The position numbers and the translations under genes are program-made. From Clostridia bacterium (GTDB taxonomy: Bacteria; Bacillota; Clostridia; Oscillospirales; CAG-272), in the NCBI GenBank assembly GCA_017451585.1, contig JAFTOC010000068.1, positions 10,059 to 74,058 of the forward strand: a stretch of DNA of 64,000 nt. The letters are read 5' to 3'. Below the pieces are notes generated by a model. The model ran no database searches. It saw nothing but the letters and a program-made list of their open reading frames with translations, and was not told where the DNA came from. Every line of letters begins with the position of its first letter. Within the stretch, counting starts at the first letter, position 1. Shown here piece after piece: positions 1-8,714 of the stretch.

Positions 1-23
1 CCGGATTCCAAATTTCAGATGGG

Positions 24-431
24 ATGGGATACGCATATAGAATCGAAGCGAAAGATCTGCCCGCAGAAGCATTCGGCAATGGCACCTACAGAAAAAATCT
101 AACCCTCGTTTGGACTGTGGACGATGCGTTGCACGACACTGTATTGTTAGCCTCTTTGCAGGGTGACGGTTACGGCTACATCGTGGAAAACGACGATGGT
201 GGATATGCTCTGCACAATCCGTATTTCGACTCCTATTCGGTTGTTCACAATGGAGAATACATCGCTTTCAGCGACGTGTCCGAAGAGGACGCGGCGGCAA
301 AGCTGGAGGTCGACCTCTGGCCTTGGATCGTGGGTGGCGTCAGCGTTGCTCTGCTGGCGACCTTTGGTATCGTCGGAATCGTATATCGACTGAAAAAGAT
401 CAAGGAATCCCCAAACGAAATGGACGCGTAA
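24..431 (+). CDS. hypothetical membrane-anchored protein, possibly 5'-truncated by the window edge
   Basis: 135-aa ORF. The frame stays open back to base 3. C-terminal hydrophobic helix WIVGGVSVALLATFGIVGIVY is followed by basic RLKKIK, and a hairpin follows the stop. Confidence 0.5.
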   Translation: MGYAYRIEAKDLPAEAFGNGTYRKNLTLVWTVDDALHDTVLLASLQGDGYGYIVENDDGGYALHNPYFDSYSVVHNGEYIAFSDVSEEDAAAKLEVDLWPWIVGGVSVALLATFGIVGIVYRLKKIKESPNEMDA

Positions 432-434
432 AAG

Positions 435-485
435 AATCCCCAATAACGTAGCACTAACGCTGCGACGTTGGGGATTGGCTTTTGC
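435..485 (+). terminator. hairpin terminator candidate after the first ORF
   Basis: Stem aatccccaa / ttggggatt with a 24-nt loop, followed by ggcttttgc. Confidence 0.5.
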
Positions 486-511
486 AGAAATTCTCGTCGT
501 AATGCACAAAT

Positions 512-596
512 GCACGAGCGGGAGGAGCAAGCCCCTCCCCTACGGGGTTGGTGCGAATTCCGCAATCCGTTGTAGGGGCTGGCGCCCTCGTAAGGA
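512..596. repeat. GC-rich intergenic repeat (GCGGGAGCAAGCCCC..CCCTACG family)
   Basis: gcgggaggagcaagcccctcccctacgg here closely matches cggcgggagcaagcccccgccctacgac at 41445-41472 and its inverted copy at 41373-41399. Confidence 0.6.
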
Positions 597-692
597 GCGT
601 AGCGACGGAATAGCGGAGCGTCCGGCCCGCGCCGCCTAAGGCGGCATCGAACGTCTACCGCCAACTTAAACTCTGTGCAAGTTGATCATACG

Positions 693-728
693 AAAACAAA
701 CCCTCTTTTCCAAAGAAGGGTTTGTTTT
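693..728. terminator. bidirectional intrinsic terminator
   Basis: Perfect 12-bp stem aaaacaaaccct / agggtttgtttt with A-run and T-run flanks, immediately downstream of the minus-strand gene ending at 732. Confidence 0.8.
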
Positions 729-731
729 CGG

Positions 732-1049
732 TTATACCACCATCACGACAACCGCGAAAGCGATCTGCAGGATCAAGAACAACGGCACGGTAACGGTAAA
801 CTTCAGGTGCTTGGTCTTATGACGGAAGATCTGCATTCCGAGAAACGCGCCCAGCGCGCCGTAGAGGGCGGCGACCGTCAGCAGATTTGCCTCGGGGATC
901 CGCCACTCCTTGTTTTTAGCGTACCGTTTGTCCAGACCGTACATGGCGAAAGCGATCAGATTGATCACGCCGAGGACGATGAGTACGACGAGGGCGTGCG
1001 CCTTCAGAAAGCTGCCTACGGCACCGAGAAACAGCAGGATGTTTTCCAT
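732..1049 (-). CDS. DUF1294-family small membrane protein
   Basis: 105 aa with three hydrophobic helices. The DKRYAKNKEWRIPE motif is typical of DUF1294. Sits 3 nt after the trpS stop. Confidence 0.7.
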   Translation of the reverse strand: MENILLFLGAVGSFLKAHALVVLIVLGVINLIAFAMYGLDKRYAKNKEWRIPEANLLTVAALYGALGAFLGMQIFRHKTKHLKFTVTVPLFLILQIAFAVVVMVV

Positions 1050-1052
1050 CGC

Positions 1053-2063
1053 TTACACCTGCACGAATCCCAGCTTTTTGTAGACCTTGCGCATGGTCTT
1101 CTTGGAGCGGTAGGCGGCAACCTCCGCGCCCTTTTTCATAATGGACTCCAGATAAGCCTTGTCTGCCATCAGACGGTTGAACTCCGCCTGCACGGGAGCG
1201 AGAGAGTCAGCGACGGTTTCACCCACCGCCAGCTTGAAGTCGCCGTAGCCGCGCCCTGCAAACTCCGCTTCGATCTGCTCGTGGGTCTTGCCGGTGAAGC
1301 AGGCGTAGATATTCATCAGATTGTTGATGCCGTCCTTGCCCTCGGCAAAGCGCACCACGGTATCGGAATCGGTGACCGCCCGCTTGAACTTGCGGATGAT
1401 GTCGTCCTTTTTGTCGAGGATGGCAACGTAGCCGTTGGCGTTTTCGTCCGACTTGCTCATCTTGCGGGTAGGATCGGACAGTGACATGATCTTGGCGCCA
1501 GTTTTGGGAATGAAACCCTCGGGGATCTTGAAGGTATCGCCGTAGATGCCGTTGAAGCGTTCCGCCACGTTTCGCGCCAGCTCGATGTGCTGCTTCTGAT
1601 CCACACCCACGGGCACCAGATCGGTCTGATACAGCAGGATGTCCGCCGCCATCAGCGAAGGATAGGTGAACAGACCCGCGTTGATATTGTCGGCGTGCTT
1701 GGCGGATTTGTCCTTAAACTGAGTCATTCTGCCCAGTTCACCGAACTGGGTATAGCAATCCAGCACCCAGCCCAGCTCGGCGTGAGCGGGATTGTGAGAC
1801 TGGACGAACAGCGTGGATTTTTCGGGGTCGATGCCTGCGGCGATATAGACCGCCAGGGTCTCGTAGGTGCGGCGGCGCAGCTCTGCGGGTACCTGACGAA
1901 CCGTGATGGCGTGCATATCCACTACGCAGTAGATACAATCGTATTCGTCCGCCAGAGCGACCCAGTTCTTGATAGCGCCCAGATAGTTGCCGATGGTCAG
2001 CAGTCCGCTGGGCTGCACGCCTGAGAAAATGACCTTTTTCGCTTCGGTCTGATTGTTTTCCAT
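1053..2063 (-). CDS. trpS: tryptophan--tRNA ligase
   Basis: Class I aaRS motifs are present: SGVQPSGLLTIGNYLG (HIGH-like region) and KMSKS. Start chosen at MENNQ (ATG 2063) behind agaagg; the longer ORF start at 2096 lies inside the T-box terminator. Confidence 0.95.
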   Translation of the reverse strand: MENNQTEAKKVIFSGVQPSGLLTIGNYLGAIKNWVALADEYDCIYCVVDMHAITVRQVPAELRRRTYETLAVYIAAGIDPEKSTLFVQSHNPAHAELGWVLDCYTQFGELGRMTQFKDKSAKHADNINAGLFTYPSLMAADILLYQTDLVPVGVDQKQHIELARNVAERFNGIYGDTFKIPEGFIPKTGAKIMSLSDPTRKMSKSDENANGYVAILDKKDDIIRKFKRAVTDSDTVVRFAEGKDGINNLMNIYACFTGKTHEQIEAEFAGRGYGDFKLAVGETVADSLAPVQAEFNRLMADKAYLESIMKKGAEVAAYRSKKTMRKVYKKLGFVQV

Positions 2064-2096
2064 AAAAATTACCTTCTTTCGTATCATTCCGTACAA

Positions 2097-2300
2097 AACA
2101 AAAATCGCCCCTGACGAGAGTCAAGGACGGAGTGATCCGCGGTGCCACCTTGGTTCGGGACGGAAAGTCCCGCGCTTTTGCACGGAAAGTGCTGTTTTTT
2201 ATAAACCTCCGGCGTCCCAGCGGAGTTCCCGCTTCGGTCTGCCGGCTCTCACCCTCCAGGCTCGCTTTGAGACCTTCACGCTCCAACGCCCTCATCGGTA
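2097..2300 (-). promoter_or_regulatory. T-box leader (tRNA-sensing transcription attenuator) of trpS
   Basis: The minus strand reads AACCAAGGTGGCACCGCGGA, matching the conserved T-box sequence. A hairpin and GCGATTTTTGTTTT tail follow just before the trpS RBS. A CUGGG stretch containing UGG lies in the upstream stem region where a Trp specifier would sit. Confidence 0.8.
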
Positions 2301-2306
2301 TACACA

Positions 2307-2335
2307 AGTGTAACACAAAGCGGCGGGATTGTCAA
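2307..2335 (-). promoter_or_regulatory. sigma-70-type promoter for the trpS leader
   Basis: Minus strand TTGACA-17 nt-TACACT. Confidence 0.6.
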
Positions 2336-2439
2336 GTCCCTGCGGACATTTTTTGCCCCTTCATTCAAAATAATTTTACAGAGTTCATCTCCTCTTTTCG
2401 GAAAAAGCGGCGAAAAGATATTGAAAAAACGGCGAAACT

Positions 2440-3315
2440 GTGGTAAAATATATGGTACCCTACGAAAGAGAGGACAATCCATTGCAAATCGAATACGATC
2501 CTTACGAAGAGAAAAAGAAACACGGCCCCGTTTTCAGAGTGATCAAGGGGATCGGCATCCTCCTGATGATAGCATTCTTCGGTCTGCTGTTCTTCCGAAT
2601 GTGCATCAAAGAAGATCCTTCCGAAGCCAAAGCCTTCCTTTGGACCGACAACACCGTAAAGGCGTATGAGGTCTGGAAGACCGACGAGAATCGCCAGTGG
2701 AAGAACTTTGCCTATACCCAGGAGAGCAGCTACCGCATCTACGACGAGGAGACCCGCACCAGCACCTCCTACAGCTACGACACCTTCTCCTGTCGGGAAA
2801 ATACCTATTCCGGAGACGGCTCCGCTCCCGAGAATAAAAAAGCGTACATCCACTACGGTCAGTTCCATACGTCCAATCCCGTTTATATCCCCTCTGCAGG
2901 CGAGCTGCAGATCACCATTCGCATCAACGACGAGGGAATGGAGGAGCTGATGGAAACCTACGGTCTGGAATCGGAGCCGGCAGGCGAGGCGTTCGTGTTC
3001 GCGATCTACGACGGCACCAATTACTATACCGATTACAGCTTCACCACCGCCGAGCGGTTTACCTACACCTACCGCCGTCTTACCTTCTCCGGGATCGACT
3101 ACACCACCGCCCACGAGCTGGAGCTGATGATCTACTACGCCGGAGACGGCACCGTCGATCTGACTAACCCCTACGAATATCTCACCGTCTATCTGTCCGA
3201 CATTCCCGTGACGAAATACGACATGGACGACGCCAAACCCTTTGAGGTCACGAAAAATCTGCAAGAACCCCCGTACGTGGTCATGAAAAACGGGACGGAA
3301 GAGGAATCATTATGA
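2440..3315 (+). CDS. hypothetical membrane protein (single N-terminal TM helix)
   Basis: 291-aa ORF with TM segment GIGILLMIAFFGLLFF. The rest is Tyr/Thr/Glu-rich and soluble-looking. Its stop overlaps the next start (ATGA). Confidence 0.65.
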   Translation: MVKYMVPYEREDNPLQIEYDPYEEKKKHGPVFRVIKGIGILLMIAFFGLLFFRMCIKEDPSEAKAFLWTDNTVKAYEVWKTDENRQWKNFAYTQESSYRIYDEETRTSTSYSYDTFSCRENTYSGDGSAPENKKAYIHYGQFHTSNPVYIPSAGELQITIRINDEGMEELMETYGLESEPAGEAFVFAIYDGTNYYTDYSFTTAERFTYTYRRLTFSGIDYTTAHELELMIYYAGDGTVDLTNPYEYLTVYLSDIPVTKYDMDDAKPFEVTKNLQEPPYVVMKNGTEEESL

Positions 3316-3971
3316 CATCCACTGAAAAAGACACCATCATTGCATACCGTTGCCCCCGCTGTGGCGCGGGCGTGCTGAGCGTTCCCGGCATCTTTTCGCT
3401 GACCGGCGACCTCCTGAAGCTCAAATGCGCCTGTGGCGAGAGCGAGCTGAATATTGAGCGGCAGTCCGACGGCAAGCTCCGTCTGGCGGTACCCTGCATC
3501 GTGTGCGCAAAGCCCCACGTCTTCGTGTTGGCTCAAAACAGTTTTTCCCGGCGCACCGGCGGAGTGTTTCGACTTCCCTGCCCTTATACGGGGCTGGATC
3601 TCTGCTTCGTGGGCGGCAAGGACGCCGTTCAGGACGCCATTCAGGAAGCGGACGACGATCTCCTTGCTCTGATGCGGGAGGCGGGTCTTGAGGACATCGA
3701 ACAGCTCCACGCCGGCGACGAGATGTTGGAAGCCCGCGAGCAGGATCCGCAGGTCGCCGATATCGTCCGCTATGCGCTCCGCGAACTGGACGATGAGGGC
3801 AAGATCACCTGCAACTGCCAAAACAACGCTATTGCCGACTACAAATTCCGTCTTCACGACGGAGAAGTCACCGTCTGGTGCGAAGAATGCGGTGCATCCG
3901 TGACGCTCCCGCTGGCAGGTGTGACCATGGCGGAAGATTTTCTGCAAAGAGATTCGCTGGAACTCAGTTGA
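3312..3971 (+). CDS. hypothetical Cys-rich (zinc-ribbon-like) protein
   Basis: 219 aa with CPRC..CAC and C-terminal CNC..WCEECG pairs. Translationally coupled to the preceding gene. Confidence 0.65.
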   Translation: MTSTEKDTIIAYRCPRCGAGVLSVPGIFSLTGDLLKLKCACGESELNIERQSDGKLRLAVPCIVCAKPHVFVLAQNSFSRRTGGVFRLPCPYTGLDLCFVGGKDAVQDAIQEADDDLLALMREAGLEDIEQLHAGDEMLEAREQDPQVADIVRYALRELDDEGKITCNCQNNAIADYKFRLHDGEVTVWCEECGASVTLPLAGVTMAEDFLQRDSLELS

Positions 3972-3975
3972 ATCC

Positions 3976-4005
3976 GATCCTCGGTTTTACCGAGGATCTT
4001 TTTTT
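3976..4005 (+). terminator. intrinsic terminator
   Basis: gatcctcgg-tttta-ccgaggatc followed by ttttttt, 5 nt after the stop. Confidence 0.9.
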
Positions 4006-4098
4006 CGTCGGAGGTTGGAACACTTCGGGGCGATCCCGATATACTGGTAAAGGAGAGGAGAGATCCTCTCACTGATAAAATTCAAGGAGATCTAAAAT

Positions 4099-4278
4099 AT
4101 GAGCTGCTTCTGTAACCTGTTTGAAAATTCCACCGTATGGCTGATCATCATCGCGCTGATCCTGCTGTTCTTCTTCTGCAACAACGATGGCTACGGCACT
4201 TATAACAACAACGGTTGCGGTTGCAACAGCTGCGGCAACTACAACAATAACAACGGCTGCGGCTGTGGCTGCAACTAA
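4099..4278 (+). CDS. small Cys/Gly/Asn-rich membrane peptide (59 aa; tiny-TM / YjcZ-like class)
   Basis: Too short for the ORF track. AAGGAGA lies 8 nt upstream of the ATG. Translation by hand: MSCFCNLFENSTVWLIIIALILLFFFCNNDGYGTYNNNGCGCNSCGNYNNNNGCGCGCN. A terminator follows. Confidence 0.6.
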   Translation: MSCFCNLFENSTVWLIIIALILLFFFCNNDGYGTYNNNGCGCNSCGNYNNNNGCGCGCN

Positions 4279-4322
4279 GTAAGCGGGGCGTTGCCCCTGC
4301 ATCGCCCCATCTGCATCACTCA

Positions 4323-4351
4323 AAAACTCCGACGGAAACGTCGGAGTTTTT
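4323..4351. terminator. bidirectional intrinsic terminator
   Basis: aaaactccgacg-gaaa-cgtcggagttttt, lying between convergent genes. Confidence 0.85.
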
Positions 4352-4358
4352 CTATTCA

Positions 4359-5360
4359 TTAATCCATTCGGAACTTGGCGTTGCCGGAGGCGGTATCGAT
4401 CTCCACTTTCATGGAGCCGTCGCCGTAAATCGCGTAGTCCCCCTGGTAGCGAACCGCGAAATCGAAGATCAGATCGCCAGACGCGCTGTCCATCTCTGCC
4501 GTCAGACCCGGAAAATCGGACGGGAGGATAACGGTCAGGTCGCCGGACGCGCTGTCCATCTCGATACTGCGGGCGGGGGCGGTCAGATGCAGCTCGATAT
4601 TCCCCGAGGCGGTATCTGCGTCCAGTGATCCGAGACTGCCGCTGTAAAAGAAGCTGCCCGACGCCGTGTCGCACTCGACCGTTCCGCTGACCGTGCAATC
4701 GGTAAACGATTGCTTGGCGCTGGCACCGCTGATCTCCATCCGATCTGCTGTCAGACTCGTGCCGTACAGATCGCCGGAGGCAGTATTCAGTTCGATGGTA
4801 TTTGCCGCGACGTTATTCAGCTTCACGGTACCCGATGCGGTATCCACCTCCAACAGACGGGCGTGCAGATCGCCTGCCGTCACGTTGGCAGAAGCGACCC
4901 GTATCCTTACCGTTCCAAGCTGTTCAACCAAGGATGCAGGGATGGTCAGCGTCAACGATTTTTGGGGATAGTCCAAACCGAAGACCGACAACAGAAGCCC
5001 TTCTCTTTTGCCGCAACGGATCATCAGCGTTCCGTTTTCTACCTTCCAGCAGACCCTGTCCTTCTCCTCGACGGTGCCGTCGGCGGTCTCGGTCAGCTCT
5101 ATGGAAGAGCCTTTCCCTACTTTGACCGTCACGCTACCCGCGCCCCAACCGAGATCGATATTCGTGATCCCGTCTGCAGACAGGGTAGTATTCCCCACAG
5201 AATAACTGTCATCCTCGGCATATATACCGTTTGTGAACAGATTACCCAACAAGCCATCCAACCAGCCGTTCTGATCAAGGACTACGGCACTCACCAGCAG
5301 TCCTCCCAACAGCAAGCAAACGACGGCGTTGACGACAATCGTCAATACGGGACGTTTCAT
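4359..5360 (-). CDS. DUF4097-family beta-strand-repeat protein (putative adhesin-like), N-terminal TM anchor
   Basis: Repeated D[TS]ASG[DNST] strands (DTASGNAKF, DSASGDL, DTASGNIEL and others). Start at MKRPVLTIVV (ATG 5360), which overlaps the upstream stop as ATGA. Confidence 0.8.
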   Translation of the reverse strand: MKRPVLTIVVNAVVCLLLGGLLVSAVVLDQNGWLDGLLGNLFTNGIYAEDDSYSVGNTTLSADGITNIDLGWGAGSVTVKVGKGSSIELTETADGTVEEKDRVCWKVENGTLMIRCGKREGLLLSVFGLDYPQKSLTLTIPASLVEQLGTVRIRVASANVTAGDLHARLLEVDTASGTVKLNNVAANTIELNTASGDLYGTSLTADRMEISGASAKQSFTDCTVSGTVECDTASGSFFYSGSLGSLDADTASGNIELHLTAPARSIEMDSASGDLTVILPSDFPGLTAEMDSASGDLIFDFAVRYQGDYAIYGDGSMKVEIDTASGNAKFRMD

Positions 5361-6247
5361 CGTACATCCTCCTCTCCTCTGTTGTGACCGATCCAAAAGC
5401 AGGCGCGAATAATCCGATTGACGCAACCGTCCATGGGCCATATCAGCCAGGTGTAGATCCAGCCGCCCGTCCAAAAGCTGATCCCCAGGTATACGCCCAG
5501 CGTTACCAGCAATACTACGATGCGGATAGGTTTATAGATGCCCATCAGTTCCTCGGGCACCTCACTGCGGCGAGCAGACGCCTGCTCCTCTATCTCGGCG
5601 GGAGGGCGCGTTCCCTTGAAGCCGGTACTGCAAACGATCAGCACCACCGAAACCGCCCAGACCGCAAACATCAGAGAGACCGCAAGGGCTTCGGAAAACC
5701 GTTCCAACAGGATGGTCGGCACCAGCCCCCAAACGCATCCGCCCACGCCGAGTCCCAGAAGAAGCTTCCCTTTCGCGTTGTTCCAAGGCAGGCAAAAGCC
5801 TGAGGCGACGATCATGGCGGTCGCCAGACCGCAGACTACGAACAAGAGCGACGCGCCAACCGACTCGGGAATCCCCGCGATGGTCAGAATCGGCCCTACG
5901 GGCGAGACAATATAGAGCGCCACCGCCAGCGCGATCAGCAAGCGTTGAACCGTTTTGCCCTTGCGCACCTGCTGTGCCGAATAGGTGACGGTTGCAGGCG
6001 CGGAATCAGCCAAAGGTGCAGACTGAGCGCCCTCCCGTGTTTTTCCGAACAGCTCGTCAATATCGCCTATGCTGTCCACCGTTCTACGGACGGCTTCGGC
6101 TTCGGAGATCCCCTCCGCCAAAAGGTCGTCGTATTTTGCCGTCAGATTTTCGACGATCTCGGTCTTAGCCGCCAGCGCCGCAGGCGTATTGGGCGTATCT
6201 GCAAAGACTTCGTCTACGGCGGCATAGAGTTTTTCATATCTATCCAT
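5357..6247 (-). CDS. DUF1700 / permease-prefix-type membrane protein (usual PadR partner)
   Basis: N-terminal helical domain MDRYEKLYAAVDEVF..EAEAVRRTVDSIGDIDELF followed by multiple TM helices. Overlaps the padR stop by 8 nt. Confidence 0.7.
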   Translation of the reverse strand: MDRYEKLYAAVDEVFADTPNTPAALAAKTEIVENLTAKYDDLLAEGISEAEAVRRTVDSIGDIDELFGKTREGAQSAPLADSAPATVTYSAQQVRKGKTVQRLLIALAVALYIVSPVGPILTIAGIPESVGASLLFVVCGLATAMIVASGFCLPWNNAKGKLLLGLGVGGCVWGLVPTILLERFSEALAVSLMFAVWAVSVVLIVCSTGFKGTRPPAEIEEQASARRSEVPEELMGIYKPIRIVVLLVTLGVYLGISFWTGGWIYTWLIWPMDGCVNRIIRACFWIGHNRGEEDVR

Positions 6248-6584
6248 TCTCGTTAGCTCCCTTCAAAATGATGCGATCCAAAAGATCCCGCGCGGCGATC
6301 CAGGCTCTGCGCTGAGCCGCAAGAGCTTCCCTGCCCGTCTCGGTAATGCGGTAGTACCGCCGACGCGCGCCCCGTTCTTCACTTCCCCAATAAGAGGAAA
6401 TGTAGCCTGCCTCCTCCATTCGTCGGAAGGCGCAGTAGAGCGTGGCTTCCTTCAGCTCGTATTCTCCCCCCGACAGGCGGGAGATCCCTTTGTTGATCTC
6501 ATAGCCGTAGCTGTCTCCCTTCTCAAGGAGCGACAGTATAACAGTTTCGGTGTTCCCTCGCAGTAGATCGGATGTAACGATCAT
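6240..6584 (-). CDS. PadR-family transcriptional regulator
   Basis: Winged-helix signature LLRGNTETVILSLLEKGDSYGYEI...RRYYRITETG. Confidence 0.9.
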   Translation of the reverse strand: MIVTSDLLRGNTETVILSLLEKGDSYGYEINKGISRLSGGEYELKEATLYCAFRRMEEAGYISSYWGSEERGARRRYYRITETGREALAAQRRAWIAARDLLDRIILKGANENG

Positions 6585-6619
6585 CGGCTTTCCTCCCTTC
6601 GCCGGCTCTTTGTGTTTGC

Positions 6620-6648
6620 ATTATAGCACACGATACCTCGCCTGTCAA
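6620..6648 (-). promoter_or_regulatory. consensus sigma-70 promoter of the padR operon
   Basis: Minus strand TTGACA-17 nt-TATAAT. Confidence 0.7.
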
Positions 6649-6682
6649 GGTATTTCGAAAAAATAATGCAAAAATTTTCGGA

Positions 6683-6715
6683 CACAAAGAAAAGGGAGGC
6701 AATCGCTTGCCTCCC
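6683..6715 (-). terminator. intrinsic terminator of the Na/Pi gene
   Basis: gggaggcaa-gcga-ttgcctccc followed by ttttctttg on the minus strand. Confidence 0.8.
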
Positions 6716-6732
6716 TTGGGGATGATAGAATA

Positions 6733-8481
6733 TTACAGACGGTACTCCGCTTTGCACCGTTCGAATTCGTCGTGGAAGCCGGTTCCGGAGCCTTCTTTGA
6801 CGGCTGCGAGATATTCGTGGGTGTCGAAGCTACCCTGCTCGGACTCGATGATGGCTACGGCAATGTTGGAGCAATGGTCGGAGATGCGCTCGTAGTTGGT
6901 CAGCAGATCGGACAGAACGAAGCCCAGCTCGATGGTGCAGTAGCCGTTCTTCAGGCGGGCGATGTGACGGTTCTTGATGTCGGCGATCAGCAGATCGATG
7001 ACCTGCTCCAGCGGCTCTACGCGGGCTGCCAGCGCGGAATCGTTCTTGTCGTACGCTTCTTCGGTGCGGGCAAGGATCTCGTTCAGCGCACGGCGGAGAA
7101 CGGCGATCTCACGGTTCGCCTCGTCGGAGAAGGAGATCTGCTTTTCGTGCATCTCCTTAGCAACGCCCATCAGATTGACGGCGTGGTCTCCCAAGCGTTC
7201 AAAGTTACCGATGGTGTGAAGCATCCGGGATACCTGACGGCTGTCGGCGTCGGAGATCTCCTTGGTGGCGATCTTCACCAGGTAGGAGCCCAGCTTATCC
7301 TCGTATTTATCCAGCCGATCTTCTCCCGCTAAAACCGCATCACAGCGCGCCGAGGTATATTGCTCCATCAGAGCGAAGGAATCGTTCAGCGTAGCGAACG
7401 CCACGTGGCTCATCTCAACGGTCTTAGCGTTGCACTCGGAAACGGCGATAGAGGGGGTGTTGAGCAGACGCTCATCCAAAAAGCTTGCTTCTTCAGCCTT
7501 CTTACCCTTCTCCTTGATGATGATATACGCCAGCTTCTCCAGCAATTTAGTGAAAGGAAGCAGCAGAAGAGTGGTGAGGATATTGAAGATGGAGTGGATG
7601 ATAGCGATCCACGCTGCGTTAATGGGCTGATCGATGAAGGAGAAGTCTACGATCAGGTGCACGATATAGAAGAGCGACAGCCATACTGCAGTGCCGATCA
7701 AGTTAAAGGAGATATGTACGATGCTGACGCGCTTGGCATTTCGATTTACTCCCACCGAGGAGATCAGCGCGGTGATACAGGTACCGATGTTCTGACCCAT
7801 GATAATCGGAATGGCGTTTCCAAAGGTGATGGCACCGGTTGCAGTCAGCGATTGCAGGATACCCACCGAGGCGGAGGAGGATTGAATGATAGCGGTAAAG
7901 ACTGCGCCTACCAGTACGCCCAACAGAGGATTGGAGAAGAGAGTGAACACCTTGGCGAAAGCGGGGCTGTCCTTCAAAGGCTCTACCGCGCCGCTCATCA
8001 GTTCCATACCGTTCATCAGAACGGCAAAGCCCAGCAGAATCGAGCCGATAGATTTCTTTTTATTGCTCTTTGCCATCATCATCAGACCGATACCCAGCAG
8101 AGCCAGCAAAGGAGCAAAGGAGGAAGGCTTGAGCATTTGGATCCAGAAGGAATCGCCCTCGATGCCGGTCATCGAAATCAACCACGCAGTAACGGTAGTG
8201 CCGATGTTGGAGCCCATAATGACACCAATGGATTGTCCAAGCTGCATGATGCCCGAGTTGACCAAACCCACCAGCATAACGGTAACGGCAGAGGACGATT
8301 GGATGATAGCGGTCACGCCCACACCCAAGAGAAGCGCTTTGAAACGGTTGGAGGTCATTTTCCGAAGCAGTTCTTCCAGTTTACTGCCGGCAAGCTGTTC
8401 GAGACCTGAGGACATTACGTTCATACCGAACAGGAAGAAGGCAAGTCCGCCGAGCAATGTAAAGACGTCAAAAATTTCCAT
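6733..8481 (-). CDS. Na/Pi cotransporter family protein with C-terminal PhoU-like domain (paralog 1)
   Basis: Duplicated QSSSA motifs (IIQSSSAVTVMLVGL, IIQSSSASVGILQ) and C-terminal helical PhoU-like repeats. AAGGAG RBS. Confidence 0.9.
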   Translation of the reverse strand: MEIFDVFTLLGGLAFFLFGMNVMSSGLEQLAGSKLEELLRKMTSNRFKALLLGVGVTAIIQSSSAVTVMLVGLVNSGIMQLGQSIGVIMGSNIGTTVTAWLISMTGIEGDSFWIQMLKPSSFAPLLALLGIGLMMMAKSNKKKSIGSILLGFAVLMNGMELMSGAVEPLKDSPAFAKVFTLFSNPLLGVLVGAVFTAIIQSSSASVGILQSLTATGAITFGNAIPIIMGQNIGTCITALISSVGVNRNAKRVSIVHISFNLIGTAVWLSLFYIVHLIVDFSFIDQPINAAWIAIIHSIFNILTTLLLLPFTKLLEKLAYIIIKEKGKKAEEASFLDERLLNTPSIAVSECNAKTVEMSHVAFATLNDSFALMEQYTSARCDAVLAGEDRLDKYEDKLGSYLVKIATKEISDADSRQVSRMLHTIGNFERLGDHAVNLMGVAKEMHEKQISFSDEANREIAVLRRALNEILARTEEAYDKNDSALAARVEPLEQVIDLLIADIKNRHIARLKNGYCTIELGFVLSDLLTNYERISDHCSNIAVAIIESEQGSFDTHEYLAAVKEGSGTGFHDEFERCKAEYRL

Positions 8482-8547
8482 AATAACTCCTTAAATTGAC
8501 ATATTTTTTACAATTTTGACACATCTGTTACGATTATAGCGGCGTTA

Positions 8548-8589
8548 TGTAAAATCAGGAAGCAACCTTAGATTAAATCTATGTAAAAT
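8548..8589 (-). promoter_or_regulatory. TGTAAAAT (TTTACA on the gene strand) motifs upstream of paralog 1
   Basis: Two copies at 8548 and 8582. aaatctatgtaaaat is shared with the upstream region of paralog 2. Confidence 0.35.
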
Positions 8590-8714
8590 GTTAAAGATAT
8601 CGTACATCAAACAGATCCACCCACATTTGATGGGTGGATCTGTTTGAATCGTTCCAATGCCGTGATCAGACCGTCAGCAAAAGAACAAATATATTTCTCA
8701 TATACTCCCGGGCA

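Noticed and set aside
4069-4698. 209-aa minus-strand ORF rich in Arg/Gly
   Set aside because: It overlaps both the small Cys-rich peptide gene (good RBS and terminator) and the 3' part of the DUF4097 gene in another frame. It shows no coding features.
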